From assembly GCA_050084515.1 (NCBI GenBank), contig CM114271.1:29698001-29762000 (forward strand): a stretch of DNA of 64,000 nucleotides. The letters run 5' to 3'. This document shows positions 1 through 10,038 of the stretch, in pieces (the first letter of the stretch is position 1; every line of letters starts with the position of its first letter). The DNA comes from Blasia pusilla (Eukaryota). Both the position numbers and the translations under genes were made by a program. The notes beneath the pieces were generated by a model. The model ran no database searches and was not told the origin of the DNA. It worked only from the letters and a program-made list of their open reading frames with translations.

Positions 1-196
1 TTCTTATGGGTTTCCTAAGATCTTTGATGCGTTTGGACCAAATTTGCATAAGCTTTGTAATGCCACCTTACTTGTCCTAAACACATCTTAGGAATAAAAT
101 TTATGGTCCAAAATGTAGTCCAATCCCCAAACGCTAGTCACATTCCAAATCCGGTTCTCATATCTTTGGCAACCTCGCTTCCTAGACTAGAGTCCT

Positions 197-300
197 TGTC
201 GTGCGAATCCACATCATCATACAACATACATCGTTGACATACCATACTCACCTACATACATAACATAGACGAGAGCATCCACAAACACAAGTGTACCACT
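197..300 (-). repeat. LTR segment B, terminal copy (B2)
   Basis: 104-bp direct repeat of 673..776, about 4 mismatches by eye; ends ...GCACGACA on minus, next to the TSD. Confidence 0.9.
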
Positions 301-302
301 AT

Positions 303-670
303 TGAAATCCGTGCAAGACCTACTGTCATAAAACACATATAGAATCACATACAATCGAGCTAAACCCACTCCACAATGGGAGAATCTAGGTCGAAGCTTG
401 CGGGAACCACCATAGCCAATACCTCTACTCACTACCAAGGCTAACTCCCAATGCAACAGGCTCAACTCAAAGAACTAACTGTTCTTTGAGTGCACTCCAC
501 ACTATATCCTCCAACCTAAGAGCGGGCCCTACTGGAAAAGTCACCCTCAACAGAGTAACCCCCAACCTTATGTATGAAACCGCATCTCTACCTAGACACT
601 ACGACCCTACATAAGGTACGGCCTCTACTAGCACACTATACTCTATGACATAATCCAAATGGTCATGACA
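303..670 (-). repeat. LTR segment A, 3' copy (A2)
   Basis: Direct repeat of 9667..10038 (about 29 substitutions plus one 4-bp indel by eye); reads TGTCATGAC...GATTTCA on minus. Confidence 0.92.
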
Positions 671-672
671 AC

Positions 673-776
673 TGTCGTGCGAATCCACATCATCATACAA
701 CATACATCGGTGACATACCATATTCACCTACATACATAACATAGACAAGAGCATCCACAAACACAAGTGTACCACA
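673..776 (-). repeat. LTR segment B, PPT-adjacent copy (B1); B1+A2 (303..776) forms the canonical 3' LTR
   Basis: Starts TGTGGTACAC on minus, 2 nt after the polypurine tract; duplicate of 197..300. Confidence 0.9.
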
Positions 777-778
777 AC

Positions 779-790
779 TCGCCCCCCTAA
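779..790 (-). promoter_or_regulatory. Polypurine tract (plus-strand primer site)
   Basis: Minus strand reads TTAGGGGGGCGA-gt-TG, immediately upstream of LTR segment B1. Confidence 0.8.
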
Positions 791-954
791 CTGGCGGTTA
801 GATCCCTCTAACTCCCAAGTAGCCTTATACATCTACTACATGCTATACACCTTCGTGGGTGCACGAATCATAAGGCCGGGTGCTAGGTTTCCCCATCGTT
901 AGTCGCACATCTGTAATCCATATCATGCAAAGATCAAAACATCTACCCCTCCTA

Positions 955-1092
955 AGTACATCGAGGACAAACCCACCTTCCAGTAGGAACAACATCCATA
1001 TGTGGAGTCAAACACATCATGTGCCAACCCCTAGAACATCGATCACACACCAACATACGGGCTGCGTTACCAGCAAACCCACACAACATACA
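955..1092 (-). other. PHD finger at the C-terminus of the integrase/pol polyprotein
   Basis: CMLC...MLVCDRCSRGWHMMCLTPHMDVVPTGRWVCPRC matches C4HC3 PHD spacing and ends ORF 952..1425. Confidence 0.92.
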
Positions 1093-2249
1093 CCTCAAGC
1101 TAGCACGTATCATGGCTAAGCTTGGGTCAACAGTACCATCCACATTTGGAAGATGACATGGCGCATAATTACGCACATGGTCCTTCCAAAAAACTCCATC
1201 ACGACCCTCCAACATGAGAACTCCAGAAGCTAACACCTCGCGCACTCGTAAAATAGTGCGGCCTGCCATCACATCCAACGTTGTCTGTGCAATCTGCTGC
1301 AAATAGACATAGTCCCCCACATGGAACCTACAAATCGATGGTCGATAACCTCCACCCTGAATGGTTGCATACTGCAACGTATCCCTGTGTTGAGCACTGG
1401 CAAGATTCTCAAAGGCTGTTGGCATAACTCTCCGAAAGAGCTCTGCCTGCTAAGAACACACTCTCATCCACATCTCTGGGTCGTCAAGGTTCACCACCTT
1501 ACCAGACTCCCAACGAATTGTTGCTGGCAAGTTTGGATCTCGGCCGTCTAACAGAAAATAAGGTGAGAAGGAAGCCAAGGATGCTTGGTGGCTGAACCTA
1601 TATCCCATGGCTAACCATGGCAACTGAATATCCCAGTCTCCAAGATGCCCCTTCTGTAGGCCATACTTGCGCAATGCCCTATTCATTGTCTGAACCACAC
1701 ACTCAGCCAAATCATCCGCCTCTTGATGATCTCGAGACGTGGTCCGATGATCAATCAACGCCTTGTCACACAAGACCTGAAACTCACCATGAAACTCTGT
1801 ACCCTGGTGGGTCAGCACTTCAGCTGGTGCACCAAAATGACTAAGCACTCTATCAAGAAATATATACGCCGTTCCCTCACTTGCCTTGTCAGGTAATGCC
1901 ACCAACTCAATCCACTTGGAGAAGTGCTCCACCATCACCAACACATATCGATGATGTCGTACATTCAACGGTAACGGTCCCGCAAAGTCCACACTCCAAC
2001 GGTAACCCAACCCCATAATAGGCAAGGGGTGTAACTGTGGTGTAGGGGCATTGAATGATGCCCTCACCCGGTCACAAACCATACAACGTGACACCAATTG
2101 CTGCACCTGAGTATGCATGCCATGCCACCAAGGAGTAAGCTATACGTACGCTTTACCCCAAAATGTCCCAACTCCTCATGGGCATGTTGCACAATACACT
2201 CTCTCTGAGCCAAATGCGGCACTACTCGTACTCTACCATCCTCCCACAC
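1093..2249 (-). pseudogene. Gypsy integrase (HHCC zinc finger, rve core, C-terminal extension)
   Basis: HAHEELGH...CMVC zinc motif; WSVDFAGP, VLTHQGTEF (catalytic D appears mutated to H), FSPYFLL. Split by a frameshift and a stop. Confidence 0.92.
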
Positions 2250-2270
2250 ATGGAGAATATGTGTTCCCTC

Positions 2271-3974
2271 CTATCGATACCTCTTAGCAAGTTGAAGAAT
2301 ACGGTCTCGCTCCTTGGCACTCACTATGCCTGGCACCCTACTGGTCCGTAGGAACTCCAATACCAACACATCATCATGAATATCTCGCTGATCCGTACCA
2401 CCATCTCCAATCTTAGGATCTGAAGGTTGGCCATCTACTCTCTGACTAGAGTAAGATGTCATGTGGTCCTCCATACTAAAGTCCACCCCTAACCAACATA
2501 AAAAGGCAGATCCATGCCAACCTGGCACCATCTCCTCATCAACCTCGCCATGCCATCTAGCCCCAATTGCATCCTCTTGGCTAGTACATGGGTTCCTACT
2601 CAACCCATCAGCATCAAGGTTGGCAACTCCAGGTCTATGTACCACCTGGAAGTCATACTCCTGTAAGATAAGAGCCCACCGTGCAAGCTTCCCTGTAAGC
2701 TTGTCAGACTCCATCAACCACTTAAGCGGATGGTGATCAGTAACAAGGGTAAACTGTGTGCCAAACAAGTAACAACTAAAGTGTGCCACAGCCCACAATA
2801 CTGCCAAGCACTCTCCCTCATATGAACTATAGCGCGACTCCGCTGCATTATTCGAACGACTTGCATAGGCCACCACAAACTCCATGTGCTCATCATCATG
2901 TTGTATCAACACCGCTCCAAGTCCCAACCTACTCCAATCAGTATGTAATTGAAATGGGCGCCCTCTGATAGGTCTCCTCAAGATAGGCGCCGCCACCAAC
3001 TGGGCCTTGAGCTCCACAAAAGCTCTCTCATGATCATCTCCCCAGTGCCACTCCTGATCTGATTTCAGCAATTGGTTCAAAGGCTTTGCCATAGCACTAA
3101 ATCCCTTCACATACCTCCGATAGTAGTTCGCCAATCCCATGAATGCCCGAACTCTACTCACATCTACCGGACGAGGAATAAGTGCAATAGCCTCCTCCAC
3201 CTTTGCTTGCTGAACTCCCAAACCACCTGGATAGATCACATGACCCACGTACTCAACATCCTCATGGAAGAACTTACACTTTCCTAGATGCTAATGTAGA
3301 CCATGAGCTTTCAACCGCTCAAACACAATTTGCAAATGTATCTGATGTTCCTCCACCGTGTTACTGAACACCAAGATATCATCAATGTAACATCGAACAA
3401 AATCCAACCTTGCTAGGATCGTGTCCATCACTGTCTAAAACTCGGCATGTGCATTCTTCAACCCAAAGGGTAAGAATTTCCACTGGTACAAACAATCCTT
3501 GCCATGAGAGTTGACACCCCAAAATGCTGTCTTGGCCTTGTCACTCTCTCGAATCGGCAATTGATGGTATCTTGCCCGAAGATCCAAAGTACTGAAAATC
3601 TTTGCATGTCCCACCACATGAAAGATTTCCTCAGGTGTAGGCATGGCATACCTATCAGCCTTGGTCTGCCGATTGATAGGACGGTAATCTCCACACATCC
3701 GCCTGTCCGTGTAGTTGCCATGCACATCCTTTTAAGTAGGCATGACGGTGGCTGATGCATACTCTCCATGCGACAACTCCACTAATCCAGCCTCCAAAAG
3801 GTCCAATGTCCTACTCTGAATCAGGTCCCTCTCCATATCACTATATCGGTAGGGACGACGGAAGATTGACGAATCACTAGCCAAATCAATCTGTATATCG
3901 GGTCCAACCAAAGCACCCAACTCCTTCATGCTAAAGGCAAAACAACTCCTATAAGCACGTAGGAACTGTGTCAA
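2271..3974 (-). pseudogene. Gypsy reverse transcriptase and RNase H
   Basis: RRMCGDYRPIN, IFSTLDLRARYHQ, LPFGLKNA, YIDDILVFS (about 3363-3389), RAFMGLANYYRRYV, LHTDWS, VVAYASR, TDHHPLKWL, ADGLSR; internal stops. Confidence 0.96.
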
Positions 3975-4314
3975 GCGTCGTTTCTCACCTCCCGTAAGCT
4001 TGGGCCCAAGTAATGGCTCCTAAGTCTCCTCCATTGGCACACTAGAGGGAGGCGACGCCATTGGTCGCTACATAACCCCCTCACACGATGGTACACCCTT
4101 AGCTACACCATCATCTGAGCAAATAACTCCTCCACCAGCATGAGCAACCAACTCCACATGCCCAGTCATTACATCCCATTTACTCCAAGGATGCAAAATA
4201 CTATTCTCCTCGCCCCCAGCCGATGTCTCTACCGTCCCGGTAGCCATCGAGCTCATCACAAGGGGTGGAAGATCCATAGACATAGTCCAAAGTCGACGCT
4301 GCTCGGCCATACCA

Positions 4315-5270
4315 AGACTCAAAATCCAAGTCAAACAATTCAGGTCCATGGCCTGACCCAACACATGACGTCGTGAAGCCTCGTAAATGGAAGCAACCGT
4401 TGTCACACCAAAGAATAAATCCCATCATCGACTCTCTCTCATCAGTGTTAGGCTCCACCAACTGTCGCATATGAGAATCCCATACAAGCACGTGACCACC
4501 TTCCCTGTAGGCATGTGACGAGGGAAAACTCACAAATGTGGGTAGTGCCATCCTAGGCTGGCCCACACGGTTCACCACTACCATGGGTGATCAATCAATA
4601 ACCCTCACCACTTGAGAAAGTCGCCAAGATATCAAGATATCGCATCCCCTTTGTAAGGCAAGGATCCCGCTGCACTGCATCATATGCTCGACATAGAACC
4701 TCCCTAGGCAACAAGTTTGTCCACCAAAAGCGTGGACGATGTGCACGTGAGCCAACTCATGTTTGCATCAACAACACCGCTGGTCCAATCAAGACCGCAC
4801 CTCATGAACACTCGCCATCATCCGGTCCGAGTGTCACCCAACAATGGAACATTCTCCGAATGTAAGCCGAGCACGCGGCGTGATGAACTGAAGATGTCGT
4901 AACACCCGTAACATCTCCCAAAACAATCAAGACCTAGGGTCATGTAATCCCTCACCACGACCAGCACGCGTATGACCCTGACATGGCCATCCAGCAATCA
5001 CCAAATCCACAGGTTCAACTCTCTCAAGGCCTTACGCCCCCAACAATGCAATGTGTGACGGCAAAGCACGCTGGTACCCACAAATAGCTGATGGCGGCAA
5101 AAACTCAGGATATCTCCGCATCAACTGACCAATATTTCGGGATGAGACTCTTTGGCCGTCTCATCTTGCTCCACATACACGTATCTCCGCACAGGAATAT
5201 CGGCCTGCAACACTGCAGCCAAACCAGTGCTAATCCCACCAAAGAGATCTAACACACAAATGCCCTCCGG
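4315..5270 (-). pseudogene. C5 DNA-cytosine methyltransferase domain embedded in the Gypsy pol region
   Basis: Hand translation across frameshifts gives motif I VLDLFGGISTG (about 5225-5255), IV VDLVIAGWPCQGHTRAG..GLHDPRS*LFWEMLRVL (about 4905-5010), VI ENV (4848-4856), VIII GSRAHRPRFWWTNLLP (about 4705-4755), IX EPNTDERESMMGF, and X RRHVLGQAMD. All are in canonical order. Confidence 0.9.
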
Positions 5271-5705
5271 CGGATACTTCCATACAATGGGTGTAGTATC
5301 CAAAGGAAATAACCCAACTGGACCAGAAGTAGAAGTCCGCCGTGGGGCCTTCTCTTCCTCGTGAGGTATAGCAGCCTCACACCAAGCCTCCTGCACTAGG
5401 CGATCAGCCTCCTGCCGTAGTGCACTGCCTGAACTCCAAAGTGGCACATCCAACAATGAGGATGCCACTACTGCAAAACTAGGGACCTCCTGTACCTCCT
5501 CGTGCATAGGAGAATCCATAGCAGAAAGATTACCCTCCAAAAAGTCTCTTGGCCAAGTGACTACTCCACTAAAACCAGCCACAGATGCTAACACTGTTGG
5601 GGAAGACCCTCCTAGTCGAGCCCCATAAATAAATCTCACAGGAACCTGACTCATACGTCCATCCCCGGACTGCCAACCAGGTCTATAAGATGTTGTCTTA
5701 GTCCA

Positions 5706-6038
5706 TTAGTCCATCTGAAAACCCATCGGGTACAATACTGCTCCTCCAACTAATACATCATACGATTCGGCTGATGTGACCACTGCACGTACTCCCAACC
5801 GGGAGCTATCAGTCGCATGATCTGGTCTCATCTGTACAAACAACTTCTCCCATGTCATGAATTGAGACCTATCATTGGCTCCTCCAAGTGATGTTTGAAT
5901 CTGGAATGGGCAAGGCTCAAGCTCTGACCTCGGAATACCCAAACCAATGCATGCCGCCTTTCCCAACATTAAAGGTTGGGCACCAGAGTCTAACAAGACT
6001 CTATCTAGTCTATACACGTGTCCTGTAGGACTCACCAA
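5706..6038 (-). pseudogene. Retroviral-type aspartic protease
   Basis: VLLDSGA active-site motif and downstream YDVLVG. Confidence 0.85.
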
Positions 6039-6518
6039 TCATAATATCCCACTGCGGTTGTCCAACATACATACACCATGTGTAAGCCTCTCACGATCAA
6101 TGGCTGGCCGAGCTGGTAATGCATCCATCTTTGCCGCTGCTGCCTGCCAAGAAGCACTGTTACTCAATGCTACACCTGACATAGAGGGTCGCTCCACCAC
6201 AACACCTTCATCCACCTCAGCACGTGTAGTAGTAACACCCCCACGTTCACACAACGTGGCTGCTAGCTGAAATACAGGAGCTAAGTCAACTCCTAAAGCC
6301 ATCAGCTCCGTGGTTGAAAACAATGGGGATCCCAACACTAAAGTTGCCATCCGCAATACTGCACTGGATGTTGCATCCGTGTCTACTACACGCAATGTAG
6401 ATGCCTCAGTCCCCAATGTAGGCTCAATAGGCTGCGTAGGAACCATGGATGGAATCCTAAGCACTTCAGACAACAAGAATGACCGGGGAAGCCTAACCTG
6501 CCTCCCAACCTCACCCCT

Positions 6519-8250
6519 CTATGGGTCCAACTCCACAGTAGCACCACGTGGCTGTGACGCTCGAGTGGATCCTCTTGTAACTGCACATGATGCCTCAACT
6601 TGTGCTGCACTCACCATATAAGAGAGATCATCCCTTCCATAAGAGGTGGAAGCCCCTACTCCCGAACCTACTCTATGTTGGATACCAGCCATAGTAGCCA
6701 ACCTCTGCTCCAACTGCTCAATCCTGGTAGCCATAGTTGACTCTATCGTAGTGGTAGGGGTAGCCACCGTAGGCTCTCCAACCGCTAGTCCACCTCTACC
6801 ACCCCTATCACCTCTACCACCTCGGCCTCTCGGAGCTACTCCACCACGGCCGCGGCTTGATCTCAACTCTGGATGAAGATCAAAGCAACGCTCTCGAGGA
6901 TGACGTGGTCTCCGGCAATGATCACACTGAGTTGGGGCCGACTGAGGCCCATCCTCCAAAGTCCGTCTCCCATCCTCTTGGGAACAAAACCTCCTAACAT
7001 GATCACCTCCACATGTCCAACATGACTGTCCTTGCTGCGGGGCAGCAAATGAAGGCAATGGTCTCTGCGCAAGTGTCCCTCTAGGACCTGACTGAGGTCG
7101 TGTGTACCCCCCACAACTCCCACTACTACTACCACCACCACTACTACAAGAGTGTGAGGTGGACTGTTGAACACGAGAAGTAGTAGTTGAATCCCTACAA
7201 AACGCGGATGTCACCACTCTCTCCTCCACCATGTTAAGCTCAATCTTCTCAGATTAGAGCAAATACATGGGCCAATGTGGGTGAATCATCACGCATAAGA
7301 GTAGCATCACGTACCCTGCAGCACAACTCTTAGTCCAAGATCCCATACCAAAACTGGATTGCCTGAGCCTCAGTCACACCCTGGGTAACTGAAATCAAGC
7401 GTCGCATACGAGTGTATGCCTTACGAAGACTCTCACCAGTCTTTCGCTCAAATTCCTGAAGACTCCTCAACTTCTCTATCTTCACTCTCTGATAGTTCTT
7501 CTTCAACCTCTTGAAGAACTCTGCAACCGGCCTGAATGATGTTGGGGCACTAGTACCTCCACTAGTACCCCCACTAGTACCTCCTTGGGTACCTCCATTG
7601 GTACCCCCACTTCGGCTCGTACTCGCACCACTCAATGTCGGGCTGGCTGACACAGTAAGAGCACTACTACCACTACCACCATGGGTGATAGACACATAGC
7701 GCGGAGACCAATATTGTCTCCAAGCCTCAATCTCAGCACCATGGTCCCTCCTAAACTCATGGTAATCATCCATGGGTGGTCCCTCCAAGTGCTGAAATAA
7801 CCCCTTCCAAGCCAAGAAGGGTGTAAACAACGTGGCGTTCCGCAACATTTGCATATCACACCACGTATCAAACTCCTCAATGAAGTCCTCCAACTCAATG
7901 GTGCCCACTGCACCCGAGTATCTTCGTGGGCCCTTCATGGCCCCATATATCTCGTCCATGTCCCAAATCAATGGAGTTGCAACACTCGATAACAACGTAG
8001 AAGACTCGGTGTTTGGAATACCCCCGTCCTCCTCTTCATCAATCGTCGGAAGTGGAAAAGGTAGCCGATACTTCAATCCACTCCGTGTAAAACCACCAAT
8101 GTCCGTACCACGGTCCCCAACCAAACCACCAGAAAGCTCCGTGATGACCAACGCCGATGCCGCACCACCACCAAATCACCACCACTAAGTAACCAAGTGA
8201 CGTCGATGTCGTTGTACTATTTTAGCTCTGCTAGCTATGGGTGTAGGCAA
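6519..8250 (-). pseudogene. gag (capsid-like region plus two CCHC zinc knuckles)
   Basis: ORFs 7330..8151 and 6519..7232; CWTCGGDHVRRFC and CDHCRRPRHPRERC followed by an RGG-rich stretch. The start is approximate. Confidence 0.82.
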
Positions 8251-9652
8251 CCTAACCTATATCACCACAAGAAGCCTCCCACGGTCTACTGGTCATCACT
8301 CCAGCCTCACTACCGGTAGCACACAGGAGTAAAATTACTCTGGAAATCAGCGTCAACCCTAACAATGGGCGCCCAAGCAAGAAGCAACGATGGAGGGGAT
8401 CCAAACACAAGAAGTCCAACGACAACCCTCCAATCGCAAATGGAAATCAAGGTAACACAATCCACCAAACGTGGCGCCCCCTGAATCCACAGAACGCACC
8501 ACACAATTCTAACGCAATAGCTACTCCGCCGCTGGTCGATGACGTGCTAGTTGCACTCGCAGCACCTGAAAATATCACCTGCATGGAGAGGCTACACCGT
8601 ACTATGCGCTAGAGGTCCATCAACCAAAAACCCAAGATGCATAAAGTGCCTAACACATCTCCGAACAGCACCAAATGATCTACACTAGTGTGTACACTAG
8701 CATAGTTAAGAACTCAGCAGTTAAGCGTCTTCAAGGCAGAATAGCCCAAATATGGGTGACCGGTTATGCAACACTCAACTCAAAAATCCTGCAAAAACTG
8801 CCTCACGCCCAAGCAAGCAGCTTGCTTGCTTGGTCCTTGCTCCTTGCTCCTTACTCCGCCTCACGCCCACTCGCCCCGAGCTACCACGAGTTGCCTCAAA
8901 GCCTCAAAACGTCGAGACATGCCCCTATCGCCACGCTTCGCCATGCTTCCCTATGGAGAGAAGCCCAACCAGGGTTCCCCCAATGGGATAGGCATCTCCA
9001 ACAACGGACGAGTCACCAACCGACCAGCCCCTTCGATCTGCTGTCCACCATAGCCAGACCTTGAACTAGTCCGTGAAATTTTGATCAGCAATTACTCCAC
9101 AAATCCTCAACTAAAATTGAATCTATTTCAACCAGAATACAATTGTCCACCATAGTTATCTCTTTACAAAAAATCAGCTACAACCGAGCTTTGTACTCTG
9201 AGCTAAAAATCAGACAAACTTGCTGTCCATACATCTCCAGAATCACAAATCTGACAGCGCTTCCGCCCACATTCATGCACACACAAATCCGCAACGCTCC
9301 ACACACTCAAGCAAATAGCTTCACATGAGATCACAATACAGGTAGCAACAGGAATGTCTCACCCAATCTGGATGAACTTCAACAGAGCTTCCGCACTCCA
9401 AGCTCTCCACATCAGAAAACCGTCGAACACGAACCAGAATCTTCAATCCTTGATAACTTCCAACTCCCTTGACGAAATCCGGCGATCTAAAGCGCGTTGG
9501 AAAGCTCTCAGCAAGGCACTTCTTTCTCAACCAACCTCGCACCAGATTCCTACCTCCAACATAGGCCACAAGCCACGAACATCCACGGCTGAGTACACAA
9601 TCAGCCCTAACCAGATCCTATTGATCCGCGATCGAAGCTACCATCGATCTAC

Positions 9653-9666
9653 GTTAGTTCTTTGAG
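9653..9666 (-). promoter_or_regulatory. Primer-binding site of probable self-priming type
   Basis: CTCAAAGAACTAAC directly follows the LTR end ...TTTCA. It lacks the TGG start of tRNA PBSs and is the reverse complement of LTR-internal GTTAGTTCTTTGAG. Confidence 0.7.
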
Positions 9667-10038
9667 TGAAATCTGTGGAAGACCTACTGTCATAAAACAC
9701 GTATAGAACCACATACAATTGAGCCAAACCCACTCCACGATGGGAGAATCCAGTTCGACGCTTACGGGAACCACCATAGCCAATAGCTCTACTCACTACC
9801 AAGGCTAACTCCCAACGCAACACGCTCAACTTAAAGAACTAACTGTTCTTTGAATGCACTCCACACTATATCCTCCAACCTAAGAGCGGGCCCTACTGGA
9901 AAAGTCACCCTCAATGGAGTAACCCCCAACCCTATGTATAAAACCGCATCTCTACCTAGACACTATGGCCCTCCCTACATAAGATACAACCTCTACTAGC
10001 ACACTATACTCTACAACATAATCCGTATGGTCATGACA
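9667..10038 (-). repeat. 5' LTR, segment A only (A1)
   Basis: Direct repeat of 303..670; TG...CA termini; followed by the PBS; no B segment upstream. Confidence 0.92.

Larger units (their letters stand above)
197..10038 (-). mobile_element. Ty3/Gypsy LTR retrotransposon (gag-PR-C5 MTase-RT-RH-INT-PHD), full length but disrupted by stops and frameshifts
   Basis: Domain order PR, RT, RNaseH, INT is Gypsy-type. Termini on minus are TGTCATG (10038) and CACGACA (197). The same 4-mer TCCT lies at 193-196 and 10039-10042 (TSD). PPT and PBS-position sequences are present. Confidence 0.95.

Noticed and set aside
197-776. DIRS/Ngaro assignment based on the split direct repeats
   Set aside because: No tyrosine recombinase is seen; the element has an aspartic protease, rve integrase, PPT and a TSD, so it is Gypsy-type.
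7546-7610. 12-bp tandem repeats (CCACTAGTACCY)
   Set aside because: They simply encode a GGTS linker in gag; not a CRISPR-like or regulatory array.
8360-8480. GGCGCC-containing motifs as a tRNA PBS
   Set aside because: They lie over 1 kb from the LTR end, and neither gives an extended tRNA-like match on the element strand.
8675-9665. Antisense ORFs in the Gypsy 5' leader
   Set aside because: Short, with no recognisable domain; consistent with chance ORFs.
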